Below are positions 51,509 through 62,837 of a DNA stretch of 64,000 nucleotides, piece after piece (within the stretch, counting starts at the first letter, position 1; every line of letters begins with the position of its first letter). Made by a program: the position numbers and the translations under genes. The notes beneath the pieces are model-generated. The model did not search any database. It had not been told where the DNA came from and was given only the letters and a program-made list of their open reading frames with translations. This DNA comes from Fistulifera solaris (Eukaryota), in contig AP026126.1 in NCBI GenBank assembly GCA_030295235.1, positions 434,001 through 498,000 of the forward strand, in the 5' to 3' direction.

Positions 51509-53947
51509 CTAATCTGAATCATCATCGGACCAATCGACACCTTCTTGAACAGCATCATCCTCTTCCAAGGCTTTCTCGTCGATGGGTTCTCCTGGCTTCT
51601 TTGTCTTTTTCGACTTTTGCTTCTTTTTCGTCTTCGTCTTTTGCTTCGGAGCATCATCTTGATCGTCGTCTTCATCGTCATCTTCATCGCTTTCTTCTGC
51701 CTTCATGGGTCGTTTCGTTTCCTCAGCTGCCCGATTTTCTTTCATTCGCTCGTCGAGTAATTTCTGCTCCCTCTGAACCGACTCGTCATGACGTTCTCTC
51801 ATTGTCTTAATCGACGTTGGACGAAGACATTCCAGTTGCTGGATGTCCTTGGGTGATTCTTGTAGTTTTTGACGTGCCTGTACAGCAAATGCCGAATACT
51901 TTTCACATGTTTCGATGCAACCCTTGGCCATGGCACGCCATCTTGGTTGACGCGACGATTCCTTGGAAAAGGTACGAAGACGCTGGATGATGCGACTCGA
52001 GTATTCCGGGAAACCGGCTGAGAATCGGTACAATTCAATGTCGCGATTCAATAAGACGAAAAAAGCATTCATGCCGGCCTGCATTTGCTCGTGTGTCCGT
52101 AATGCGTCCTCTTTCGATCCAAGCTTCAATATCAACTCCATTTGAGGCGGATTCTCGGCCTTCTTCGTTTTCTTCGGATGCAAGTACCATTCTTTCAAGT
52201 CGAGTGACTCTAACAAAAGTGCACTTGTCGGAATGAATGTCTGTGAAAATGCGGCTAATTGCTGAAGAAGCCGAATGCAATGAAACCGATAAGGTAAGTT
52301 TCGAGTGGGAGAAGGAGTGAAGCGAATGGTGCCCATAATAACCTCGGTCAAGGGATAAATCAAGGAGCGCATCAAGGAATCTTCTTCAATTGTAGAGTCA
52401 CACAAGACAGCAACCCAGAGTTTCAGACAGTGAAGATATTGCCAATGATAAACTTGTTGCATGGCTTCCTTCGTCTTCTTGTACATAGCCGTACGAAGAA
52501 GTAGAGCCAATTGACGAATGTACACAAACGCATGCTGGTAAGACGAGTGGTGATCCAAGCTGTACAATTCACAAAGGCAATTGCCCATAAAGGTCAGAGT
52601 GGGAAGAACGGAAGAAACTGAGGCTCCTGTCCCAAACTTAGCTCGCTTGGCATAGGCAAGGTACGTCTTTTTTAGTATATCTTCGATGAACGGAAATGGC
52701 TGAGTCAAAGCTAATTGCCGAATGCGAAGAAATGCATTCAATCGTACAACTTGATATTTTTCAGAAGTATCCAGTGGTGCTGACCAAAGTGCAGTCAAGC
52801 ACTTGAGCATGGCTGACGCTAATCGGGGAAATGGCGTCAAGTAGCGATTCAACTTTGCCAGTGCTCTCAACACAAACACTAGTAAGTCCGGTTCCTTCGC
52901 TTCTGACATGACGTGTAGTGTTGATTTGAAAAACGACTGGATTATTGGGCGGAGTTGAGGCCACCGTTCGGCCTTTTCAAGAAGTTTGGGGTTTAAAGGC
53001 TTATCGTCTTCGACGACCGCCTCTTTGTCATCTTCAGCAGAAGCTTTGTCGTTCGTTTTTTCATTTAGTTCCAAGCGCAGCAAATGATAATGAAATTCCT
53101 CATGAATTCTATTCAAACACAAGAGCATCAGTTCATCAAATATCTTCGAAGAATCGATGATGTAAGGACTGCTCCCTTTGTCCTCGTCGGCTGCATCGGA
53201 AAGATGACAAGCAGCCTTGTACGCCACCACCAATTTCTTAAGACTTTTTAATCCGTGGGACTTAAATGTTCCTTTTTCTAAGGACGCAAGGACGCTAGCA
53301 GTGAGATGAATTTTGTCATTTCCTCCCTCGTCGTCGCCATCATCATCTTTCATGTCGTCGCCGTCATCGTCGTCATCACCAAACTCCAGCAACGACTCCT
53401 CATTTTCCTTCAAGAATTCATGAAACTCAGGATCCGCCTCTTTCATTTTAGCCATTTCAATTTTCATTCGTTCTTCAGCCGCATCAAGGTCTTCATCGTC
53501 ACTATCGTCACTTTCTGACGAATCATCACTCTGCTGATTGTTTGACTGCTTTGACCCTTTCTTCTCTGCCTTATCTTCCACCATTGAATCGTCCTCACTC
53601 TCCGAATCACTTGCGGAGTCTTCATTTTCCGAGTCATCGTCAGCGTTTGACTTCTTCTTATCCGACTTGTTTAGATTATTATCGCTCGGCAGGGTGTCAG
53701 TAAGCTTTTCGAAAAAGCTATCAATATCCAAGTCCCCTAAATTATTGTCACCAAGAAAATCATTGGGTCTAGACTGATTTCCTAAAGGTTGTTGTTCCGA
53801 TGCTGTCGACTTTTCCGGACGGCCCGCCATGCTCTTTTTCTGACGTTTTCGAGGTTTGCCTTTCGTGGCCATACCGCCTCGTTCAAGTCGACGCTTTACC
53901 CCTCCGGACGCCTGAAACTTACGTTCTCGTTTAGTGGGCTTCCCCAT
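51509..53947 (-). CDS. NOC2: Nucleolar complex protein 2
   Basis: 'K..DPEF..FL', 'SYQHAFVYIRQLA..LR', 'VY.WQY', 'LIYPL', 'FPE'. Confidence 0.93.
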   Translation of the reverse strand: MGKPTKRERKFQASGGVKRRLERGGMATKGKPRKRQKKSMAGRPEKSTASEQQPLGNQSRPNDFLGDNNLGDLDIDSFFEKLTDTLPSDNNLNKSDKKKSNADDDSENEDSASDSESEDDSMVEDKAEKKGSKQSNNQQSDDSSESDDSDDEDLDAAEERMKIEMAKMKEADPEFHEFLKENEESLLEFGDDDDDGDDMKDDDGDDEGGNDKIHLTASVLASLEKGTFKSHGLKSLKKLVVAYKAACHLSDAADEDKGSSPYIIDSSKIFDELMLLCLNRIHEEFHYHLLRLELNEKTNDKASAEDDKEAVVEDDKPLNPKLLEKAERWPQLRPIIQSFFKSTLHVMSEAKEPDLLVFVLRALAKLNRYLTPFPRLASAMLKCLTALWSAPLDTSEKYQVVRLNAFLRIRQLALTQPFPFIEDILKKTYLAYAKRAKFGTGASVSSVLPTLTFMGNCLCELYSLDHHSSYQHAFVYIRQLALLLRTAMYKKTKEAMQQVYHWQYLHCLKLWVAVLCDSTIEEDSLMRSLIYPLTEVIMGTIRFTPSPTRNLPYRFHCIRLLQQLAAFSQTFIPTSALLLESLDLKEWYLHPKKTKKAENPPQMELILKLGSKEDALRTHEQMQAGMNAFFVLLNRDIELYRFSAGFPEYSSRIIQRLRTFSKESSRQPRWRAMAKGCIETCEKYSAFAVQARQKLQESPKDIQQLECLRPTSIKTMRERHDESVQREQKLLDERMKENRAAEETKRPMKAEESDEDDDEDDDQDDAPKQKTKTKKKQKSKKTKKPGEPIDEKALEEDDAVQEGVDWSDDDSD

Positions 53948-54099
53948 GATACAATTTTTCGATTGTCGATTGTGACCAAACCTCCTGCCGACTGGAATAA
54001 TAGGTCATTTTCTGTTGTTGAACGAAGAATGATGGTCGCTATTTTTTTGGTTGGCTTTGAAAACTCCACCCAACGACTAACGAATGCCAGACGATCTAT

Positions 54100-54363
54100 T
54101 ACTCTAGACCTAAATTGTAGACTCAACTTTACCACGACTGCATAACTGTCATGAGTCATGAATCATCGTGAAATAATAATAAAAGATGGCCACTATGTAA
54201 ATCCATGGTCCTTTATATCTGTAAATTTTGCTGAGCGGCAAAATAACAAGTATAGCAGCATTTGCAATGAATGCCTCGTTTCTTGGCGTCAAAAGCCTGG
54301 CATGTACGAGCTATAATTATGGATCCAAAATGTGACTTACATTCATGACTCATGACTCATGAG
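54100..54363 (-). repeat. Pair of the intergenic element (54100-54155; degenerate 54311-54363 with tandem TCATGAC)
   Basis: TACTCTAGACCTAAATTGTAG..CCACGACTGCATAACTGTCATGAG; second core TCATGACTCATGACTCATGAG 211 bp downstream. Confidence 0.65.
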
Positions 54364-54527
54364 ACCGATAATTTTTAATGGAAAACCGCCGGAGTAAACG
54401 ATTTTATCACTGATCGCATACATTACGTACGATTATTTGGTTGAAAAAGTTCTTGTTGCTGTTGTTGTTGTTTCACAGGAAGTTTTCTTTACCCGGATGA
54501 TCGCGTGTTGGTGAAGAAAGCACAAAA

Positions 54528-55682
54528 ATGATACAAAGAAATCGTCGCCGGAAGCTTCCGGCTTGTTTATTCCTACCAATCGGCGTGGTAACGTCATTAG
54601 CTGTACCAGTGTATTTTGACTCAACCAATCATCTTCATCGCGATATACAATACCATCCCGAGCAACCAGAACGCATTTCGACTTGTCTTTTGGAATTGGA
54701 AAAACATCAACAGAAGAATATTGGATGCATTGAGCTCATTGATGTTGCAGAGGTACCTTTGGATTTATTTTCAGAAATTTCGCACAAACACGATGGGATT
54801 TCGGCGACGGAGTTATCTCACGCGGAAGCGATGCTATTCAAGGTCCACACCGAAGACACTGTCTTGCAATTAAAACAACGATGCCACCGATCCAAGCAGA
54901 AACGACTGGACGAAGGAAAGCCCGCTTTGGGTCATATCGGCTATTTGGATTCAGACACTTACGTGACTACAGAGACGTACGACGTTTGCTTGCGAGCCAC
55001 GGCGGCATGGATCCGTGCGGCAGATTTTGTATTGAACAATGGCGGTGGTGCCATGGCTATGACCCGACCACCCGGACACCACGCGACCAAGAGCAAATCA
55101 AATGGATTTTGTCTTTTCAATTTTGCCGCTGCTACCGTTGCTCACATTTTAGAAAGAAACCCAAGTGCCAAAGTGAGCGTGTTGGATTGGGATGTCCACT
55201 ACGGCCAAGGGGTAGCCAATATTTTGATGGACGAACCACGGGCACGGTATGTCTCGATCCATCAATATGGTGCGTTTCCTTTTATGGGGCAATTCCTCAA
55301 GACCCATGGAGAGCATAACAATGTGCTGACTATACCAATATCACCCGATACAACATGGAGCAGTGGATACAAAAATAGCTTCGAAATGGCGCTCGATTTT
55401 ATTTGCAAACAAGATGAGTGGATACCGGACATTGTTATCATCTGCGGCGGTTATGATGCTCTTAAAAGCGACGAATTAGCCAGCGTAGATCTTAACTTTG
55501 AAGACTACGGAACAATGACGGAAATGCTGATTCTACATTTAAAGGCAACTGTCGGGGCTGAGGCTCCCAAGATAATGGTAGGATTAGAAGGAGGGTATCA
55601 GCTGAGTCCTACAGCCGCTGGTGGAAATCTACAGGACGCAGTTATTGAAACAGTTAAAGCAATTTATAGAATCATCTATTAG
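54528..55682 (+). CDS. Zn-dependent deacetylase (class II HDAC / bacterial-type); start uncertain
   Basis: 'HPEQPERI', 'RPPGHHA', 'GFCLFN', 'DWDVHYGQG', 'GYDA', 'LEGGY' catalytic residues intact. Confidence 0.92.
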   Translation: MIQRNRRRKLPACLFLPIGVVTSLAVPVYFDSTNHLHRDIQYHPEQPERISTCLLELEKHQQKNIGCIELIDVAEVPLDLFSEISHKHDGISATELSHAEAMLFKVHTEDTVLQLKQRCHRSKQKRLDEGKPALGHIGYLDSDTYVTTETYDVCLRATAAWIRAADFVLNNGGGAMAMTRPPGHHATKSKSNGFCLFNFAAATVAHILERNPSAKVSVLDWDVHYGQGVANILMDEPRARYVSIHQYGAFPFMGQFLKTHGEHNNVLTIPISPDTTWSSGYKNSFEMALDFICKQDEWIPDIVIICGGYDALKSDELASVDLNFEDYGTMTEMLILHLKATVGAEAPKIMVGLEGGYQLSPTAAGGNLQDAVIETVKAIYRIIY

Positions 55683-55889
55683 GTTGCTGTCACTTTTCAT
55701 TTTGTGACGGTGATTTTGGATGCCTCCTTCGCAAGTACCGGTACGAATGGGTTGATTTTTCGGGCAACACGCGATGCGACGACGACAAAAAAGCGGCAAT
55801 AAACTGTCTTCATCTTCAAACGCAATCAAAAACATCTTTTGCGATCTCTGTCAGCTGTAGAAAGTCCTTTTATCGTTCGTAACAGTAAA

Positions 55890-57519
55890 ATGGAGTCTAG
55901 CGATTCATCTTCGTCGGCCGACAGAAAGAAGCGACGGAAGGAGAAGAAGTCATCAAAGAGTCGAAAGCGGGAGGAGCGCCAACCGCGAAAGAGGCGACGA
56001 TCGGATTACGACGATGATGCTACTTCTTCCAGTGACGATGACAGTTCCTATCGAAGAGATCGAAAGCGTGAGAAGAAAGAGCGAAAGAAAAAACAAGAGG
56101 GGCAAAAGAAAGTGAAGAAAGAAAAGAAAAAGGGCTAGTAGAGACGCAGACGACTCTAGCAGTCAGAAATCCGACCCCTTGCACAGAAATTATGAGCTCG
56201 CAGATGCTCTTTTGAACATGTTGGAAGGTCACCCTGCACTGGTGGAAGATTTTCCTATCATGTTGATTCGTTTAGCAAGCGGAACTACATTTGATCTGAG
56301 CCAAATGTCGGACCGAGATGCCGCCCATTGCCTTGCACAAGTCTTCACCAAGCTAGAACCATTCGGTGTGGCACAGGATCATGCCGGTGCCTGGTGCTGG
56401 GTAGGAGGCAGTCGCTTATCGAATCCTTCTCACAATGAGCAAATCGTTCTGGTGAAGCTGGTACGCGCCATGTTGGATCAAGTAGGTTTCACTATGCAGG
56501 CAATTGAGCGGCACGATAATCCGGAAATTCCTTCCACCCCCGAGATTGAAAAGGTTCAGTCCCACAACACGACGGAGGAGATAGCCTACATGACAGCAGG
56601 TACGTTACGCGACTTCAATCCAGAACTGGCGCAGGAGCTGGCGGGCTTGTGTCGCATGATCTTAGACGGTGAAAGTATCGCTTTGGATGGTCTTGAGGAT
56701 AATCGCCTTCGCAATGCTCTTGAGAACATTTTCAAAGAATGCAGACTAGAGAAATTAGAGATGGAAAATGACGAAGAAGAAGACAACGACAGTGTTGCAT
56801 TTGGTTATGGTCTACCACAGGCTGCTAACGAGGAATCAAAAATGAGAATACGTTGTGTAATGCAAACCTGCGAGGAAACAGCGAAAAAACCAATTGTAAA
56901 AGGTCCTTTGAAGCCACCTAGCTCCTACACAAACCAGGTGGATGTCCTCTACGATGATTCCGAGTCTTCCGACGAAGAAGGTCCTGCCATGGTAGGATCC
57001 ACACGACAAACGAAGGGTTTATCAAAAGACCTCGTGGCCGCCCAAGCCGCGTTACGCAGCCGCCAGCTTGCGAACGCAAAACAAGGCATTGATGTCTCCA
57101 CAGCAGAAGCAATGGAGGGGCAATCACGAGAAGAGTGGATGGTGGTCCCGGGTAAACAGTTCGACTTTTTAAGTGCTGTCAAGGCGGGTAAACCCATGAC
57201 AAGTCGAAAGTTCGGCGCCCAAAGCAAAGTAGATGTAGCGAAGCAAGGCGAATCGATTCATCCGTCGATACAAGCCGAAATCCAGGCCATCAAAGAAGCC
57301 CACGAAGAGTCGCGTGGTCCATCGCTGATGGAACAGCATCGGGAGAGAAAATTGCAAGAGCAAGCAGCAGCAGCAGCTGCAGGAAAAAGTGAGTCTTGGA
57401 AATGGAATCGCGAAAAAGATCTCGATTCGGGAAGACGTGTCGACAAAGACGCCTTGGGCATGATTCTGGGTAGTGCTGGCAACGAATTGAAGTCCAAATT
57501 TCACGGCGGCTTCGGTTGA
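55890..57519 (+). CDS. GPALPP1/DUF3752-like nuclear protein; frameshift near 56090-56135
   Basis: Lys/Arg-rich N-terminus; 'REEWM..P', 'RGPSLMEQH', 'W.REKDL', 'L.SKF..G'. Confidence 0.7.
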
Positions 57520-57544
57520 GGCGGCATCACGTAAGTATTTCCAT

Positions 57545-58314
57545 TTAAATTGTCAGCACTCTTCGTTTCGTCCGCCTTTTTCTCTCAACAGGTTTCTCTG
57601 CTTTCTCTTGTAAATCTTTGAAATACTCGCTCAGCATCTTATCTACTTCATCGTCCCGCCCCTTGCGATACCCTGCTAAAAATTCAGCGACACAATCCGA
57701 CGCGAGGCGCATCATATCCCTCGCGAACTCTTTCAAATCTTCCGTGGATCGTATTCCGGTTCGTTCTTCGACTTCCTTTCGCAATGTATCCGCTCCCTCC
57801 CTTAGAAATGTAACATTCCGTTTCACATTTTTCTGAATTTTCTTTCCTGTCTTTTCAATTTCTGTTTCTTCTGATTCGTTTGGTTTTACTACCTCCTCGA
57901 CATTCGTCGCGTTCTTTTCCGGATTGTCTTCGACCAGAAATCCACTGGAAGTAAAGAATCCTTTCCATGTACCCTTGTATTCCACCCACGCCCTGGAAAA
58001 TACTTTTGCGAAAGGAGGCAAAGCTGTCAAAGCCTCGACCTGTGCGGGCGTAGGGATTCGGTTCGTCTTTGTACGGATTCGGAAACAAGATATCGGCTAC
58101 AGTTCTGGTATCAACTGCGTCGTCTTCTTGATTGTTGTGTAAAGCAGTCATCTTGGAAAGCCTGTTCTGACGCCGGAATTGCTGAAGTTCACGTCGACGT
58201 CGGGCTCTACCGGAAGTGTAACTAAAGAACGACGGGGACGATGAAAAGTAGCGGTAACTTCGGGAAATCGATGATTTTGGAACAGCGTATGGGGGAAACA
58301 AAGAGGGACACCAT
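57545..58314 (-). CDS. Uncharacterised, probably mitochondrial protein (frameshifted)
   Basis: Overlapping ORFs 57855-58376 and 57545-58030; R/S-rich presequence ('RYFSSS'); helical C-terminus. Confidence 0.55.
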
Positions 58315-58712
58315 TTTGGACTCAAAAAATTGATCAATGATGTCAATAAAGAAAAGTATAGACGAAATGAACACACTGCAAACCTTGTCTCATCGAAATG
58401 TTTTGTTTTTAGCGTTAAGTGCGACAGTAATAAAATTTGCTTATCGTTTGTTCATCGTAATCACATTACAGATGAGGTTACCTGTAAGCTCTACTGTGGT
58501 CAAGAATAATGACGTCATATGAATATGGTTGAAGAAGTAGACTCACATTCTGAGCGGTACTGAAAAGGAGGGAAGCTCATCCGCGAAAAGATCCATTTTA
58601 TTCTTTCCGTTTTCCAATGGATTCGTTCGAAGGCTCGCAAATCATCCTCCAGGTTCACTCGAATGCTCATAGATCATTTTCCGAATCAAAAAGCATTCGA
58701 GGCGACAAAACC

Positions 58713-60017
58713 ATGAAACCATTAATCACCGACCGAATCAAAGGATCACTGCTGGGGTGGGTCGTTGGAGATGCGTTGGCTGTCCCTGTACACTGGTATT
58801 ATAGCCCGGCCAGAATGCGAGCCGATTATGGAGATATCGATTCAATGATAACACCGCTCCCCACACACCCGGAAAGCATGGTGCAGGGTATGTCATACAC
58901 GGGGACGATTGATATTATGCACGACAAGGCCAAACACTATCAAGGAAATGCCATCAGTGATGCCATACTTTCCAAAGAAAAAGAAGAGTCTCTTCGCGAC
59001 GATCATGGTAACTTCGTGGGAGTTGCTCAAGAAGAGCGAGTGCACTATCATAAGTCTTTGTCGAAAGGTCAGAATACAGCAAATCTTTGTCTGGGTCGTC
59101 TGGCTGTTAGATATCTGGCAAATGTCAACAAGGGTGGAGCAGATGGCTACGACCCAGATGGCTTCTTGAGCGAATTTTATAATTACATGACCACGCCTCC
59201 TCCTTCTACACCGGATCCAGCACAATTGATTGCTCACAACGATACGTATTTGGATGTTTACTTGCGCGGTATGTTCGCCAAGGCATCTCAAAAGGACGAC
59301 CATTCACTTCACGATTGTGCCCTTTCCCAACGTGAGACGTGGAGTATTGGTTCCTTGGATGGGGTTGTCATGACGTTGCCCATCCTGGTCGCTTATTGCC
59401 GTGAGCCCGAATCCTACGTGACTGGAAGAGCCATCGAACATCACATGCTGACCCACCGATCCGTTACAGTCACCGCGGTTGTTTCGGTCCTAGTGCCCTT
59501 ACTGCTGGATCTGTTTCGTGGTGCGGATCTACGTTCCACCTTGGATGAAGCCATGTTGAAGATGCGTCCTCCTAAAATAACGGGCCGTGAACAGCGAGAT
59601 TCCTATCTTCAGTTTAAAGGCCCGGGACACATTCCCAAGCTTGAAAAGTGGAAGCAGCACATGGTACTAGCCGACGAAACAATTAAAGACTTGGTTCACC
59701 GGATGCTCGATTGTGAAGATGAGGATGTAGCGGGTTGGGGTGATCGCGACCATTCGAGACTTTCCACCGCTTGCTATTGTGAACACGCCTTTACGGTAGT
59801 TCTTTATTTGGCGTATAAGTATGCTGACAATCCTAAGAAAGCTCTACTACAAAATGTAAAATTGGGAGGACATTCTACGGCCCGAGGCGCTATTTTGGGT
59901 GCTATATTGGGAGCAGCACATGGTTCGGAATCGGTCCCATTCGTGCAAGATCTGGCAGCTCCGGATGTAGTAGAACAAGAGATTGATGCTTTGATTGGCA
60001 CAATTTGTGAAGTTTGA
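58713..60017 (+). CDS. ADP-ribosylglycohydrolase (ARH/DraG-like) family protein
   Basis: 'RIKGSLLG..VGDALAVPVHWYY', 'LTH', 'AL..N...GGHSTARGAILGAILGA'. Confidence 0.85.
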   Translation: MKPLITDRIKGSLLGWVVGDALAVPVHWYYSPARMRADYGDIDSMITPLPTHPESMVQGMSYTGTIDIMHDKAKHYQGNAISDAILSKEKEESLRDDHGNFVGVAQEERVHYHKSLSKGQNTANLCLGRLAVRYLANVNKGGADGYDPDGFLSEFYNYMTTPPPSTPDPAQLIAHNDTYLDVYLRGMFAKASQKDDHSLHDCALSQRETWSIGSLDGVVMTLPILVAYCREPESYVTGRAIEHHMLTHRSVTVTAVVSVLVPLLLDLFRGADLRSTLDEAMLKMRPPKITGREQRDSYLQFKGPGHIPKLEKWKQHMVLADETIKDLVHRMLDCEDEDVAGWGDRDHSRLSTACYCEHAFTVVLYLAYKYADNPKKALLQNVKLGGHSTARGAILGAILGAAHGSESVPFVQDLAAPDVVEQEIDALIGTICEV

Positions 60018-60379
60018 AGGAAATTCGAACAAAAATAAAACAAGTATACATGGTTGTAAATAGACTAGCTTTGACACAGTCTTATTTTTGTTTTATTAGG
60101 ACGTCCAAGCAATAATCACGGCAACGAGGAAAACTCTGCCAAGACTCGGGAGTCCCGAGCTCGTGAAACGTATGAGATTGACGTCATCCTCTCTTCAAGG
60201 CAGTGTAACATTTCGTCGCGTTTGTAAAAAGCGCCACCGCTCGTCAATCGAACACATCACACACTCGTATAACTCGAAACCACTCGACATCAACGACAGC
60301 GAGCTTGTTCATCACTATTGTATCACGGGTAGCTCACAACTCTTACCGTTTCTGCTAGCAAAGCCTTCTAATCACAACC

Positions 60380-61653
60380 ATGGGCTTGTACAGCGTGTTC
60401 TCGCTGCTGATTGCTCTTCACTTCTTCCTTTACCATGGCGTCAATTCATTTGTACAGCGATCGGATTTGATTTCAACTCGTTTCTCGTCGACGGCATTCA
60501 CCCGATCATCGCTGCAGATGCAAGCCAACAGTCCTCCTCCTTATCCTGTCCGTATCGCAGTTATGGGCGGAGGTAACTTTGGATTGGCGCTGAGCTCGAT
60601 CAGTGCACGCAAAGGCTTTCCGACTACTATTTTAGTGCGCGAGCAGGAAATTGCCGATAGCATCAATACGAATCACACGCATCCACGGTACATGCGAGAT
60701 GTGAAATTTCCGCCGACACTGCGCGCTACCACCAATCCGCAAGACTGTTTGCCGGATGCTACGTATATTGTGCACGCGGTTCCGGTGCAATACAGTCGCA
60801 AATTTCTGAACAGTGTCAAAGATTATATTCCTCCGGGTACGCCGGTCTTGAGTGGTTCGAAAGGAATTGAAACATCCAGCCTGGGATTCATGGCGGATAT
60901 TCTCAAAGAAACACTAGGGGAAGAGAGACCGTACGCCTTTTTATCCGGACCATCCTTTGCTCGTGAGATATGCGAGGGAGTTGCCACTGCTGTCGTCATT
61001 GCGTCAGAGGACTTGCTACTGGCCAGAGACTTGGCTACGTTGCTCAGTGACGGAAATTTCCGCGTGTTTACTTCGAGAGATGTCATTGGGGTGGAAATTG
61101 GCGGAGCAGTCAAAAATGTGATTGCCTTGGCCGCTGGTATGTGTGAAGGTCTTGGTTTAGGGACGAATGCCATGAGTGGCCTAGTAACACGTGGCTGTGG
61201 TGAAATGCGAAGGTTAGGACTGACTCTGGGTGCTCGACCTAGCACAATAGCTGGATTGTCTGGTAAGGAAGTGTGGAAGAACTGGCTCGGATCGATTACG
61301 ACTTTGCCATAAAGACATTATCTTACTGTGCTTGATTGTTTGCAGGTGTCGGCGACACATTTGGGACTTGCTTCGGTCCCTTGTCTCGCAATCGTCAGTT
61401 CGGCTATCGGTTAGGGAAAGGTGAAACGATGGAAGAAATCTTGGCTTCATCTTCCGAAGTTGCAGAGGGTGTAGACACGTCAATTGCACTTGTTAATTTT
61501 ATCAAACAAAATTGCAAGGGATACCGACTGGATTTGAAATACCCCATTTTATTCGGAGTCGCGGATATTCTTCAAGGCAAGCTAACACCACTTGACGGTT
61601 TGAAAGGTATTATGAATATGCCTTTCTTAATGGAGAACTTTGACGAGAGATAG
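60380..61653 (+). CDS. gpsA: NAD(P)-dependent glycerol-3-phosphate dehydrogenase, probably plastid-targeted; intron 61264-61345
   Basis: 'GGGNFG', 'SKGIE', 'SGPSFA', 'GAVKNVIA', 'GLS|GVGD...TC....SRN'; signal peptide 'GVNS|F'. Confidence 0.95.
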
Positions 61654-61741
61654 TGATGCAATCGGAAAGACTGCATACAAACACACTACGGTCGGTAAAT
61701 TTGAATTATCTAAGGCTAGCATTTCTTATGTGAGGTGAGTA

Positions 61742-62316
61742 TCAATAGCTACTGTACGTGAAAGGGACAGGTGGCCATTTAGGTGGATCGTAGCCCTTCC
61801 CTCCAATAGGAGAACACCGTAATAACCTCCAAGCAATCAGTATAACTCCTTTTTTTGGCCCAAATCGTTCAATTGCCTGGACGCCGTATTGTGAGCATGT
61901 AGGAACGAAACGACAAGCGGGTGGAAGGAGCGGTGAAATAAAATTTTGTAAAGACCCAAAACGGATATCATGGCAGTGGAGGTCATATTCTTTTGGCTTT
62001 TGTCGCTCTCGGTTATTCCTTTCAATGCATCATCCTCTGGTACGGACTCGTCTGATTCCGTGTAAAATCTATGCCTCGCCAGACGAGGGCGATGTGATGC
62101 AGCACGAGCCATCACAGCACCCAAAGTAGCCACAGTAACCAAAGTGTTCTTTCGCAGGATTCCTTTCGTCAAGGTCAATCCAAGCAAAGCGTGCTTTCCC
62201 CGGGGAACATCGTGTCGCAAAAGCACCGGCCACGGAGAGCACACCTGACAGCCTTCCACAAACCACAACAGCGCATTGCAGAGCATTACAAGGATCGTTA
62301 AGCGCAAAGCTCCCAT
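61742..62316 (-). CDS. yidD: YidD membrane-protein insertion efficiency factor, organellar; frameshifted
   Basis: Alternate frame reads 'SPLLPPACRFVPTCSQYGVQAIERFGPKKG.....WRLLRCSP.GG.GYDPP.WPP'. Confidence 0.88.
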
Positions 62317-62431
62317 ACTACTCTTGCTAAAAGATAGTTCAGCAAAGAAAAGAAGCGTTCATAAGTAGCGTATGATGCTCGCAACATAAAGCAACGATAA
62401 AATCGCAACAAACGAAACAATGTTGCAATGT

Positions 62432-62668
62432 CTCGTGACTGAAATCAGCAGTCATGGAGAAAAATTGAAAAGACTTTGGGACTATAGTAAAAGTTGAGCT
62501 AAACGATGATTCGACTCAATGAACACGAATAATTTAACAAACTTATCTCATTACGCAATTAATTCGATAGCGAAGACAGAACAATATAGAGAAAGTGAAA
62601 GTTAGACACACAAGGGACAATAAAAGGGGCTTAATTTCGTTTTACTCGTGACTGAAATCCAGTCATGA
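62432..62668 (+). repeat. Direct pair of the intergenic element (62432-62489, 62645-62668)
   Basis: CTCGTGACTGAAATCAGCAGTCATGG..GACTTTGGGACTATAGTA and CTCGTGACTGAAATCCAGTCATGA; 213 bp apart. Confidence 0.75.
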
Positions 62669-62837
62669 TTTTGGTTGCATTTTGGATGACAGTCCATTTT
62701 GGTGCGCGGCAAAAATTGCGTGGAAAAGACGGTCGATCGAAAAACGAATAGTTGACGGATGAGTTTATCAATCATTAATTCCCATTTACTTATGCGCAGA
62801 TCGTTTCTCGAACGAAGAAAACTAATATATCAGTTCA

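Noticed and set aside
62473..62489. Resemblance of TACTATAGTCCCA to the vertebrate ZNF143/THAP11 motif
   Set aside because: Short partial match, and no reason to expect those factors here; treated as coincidence.
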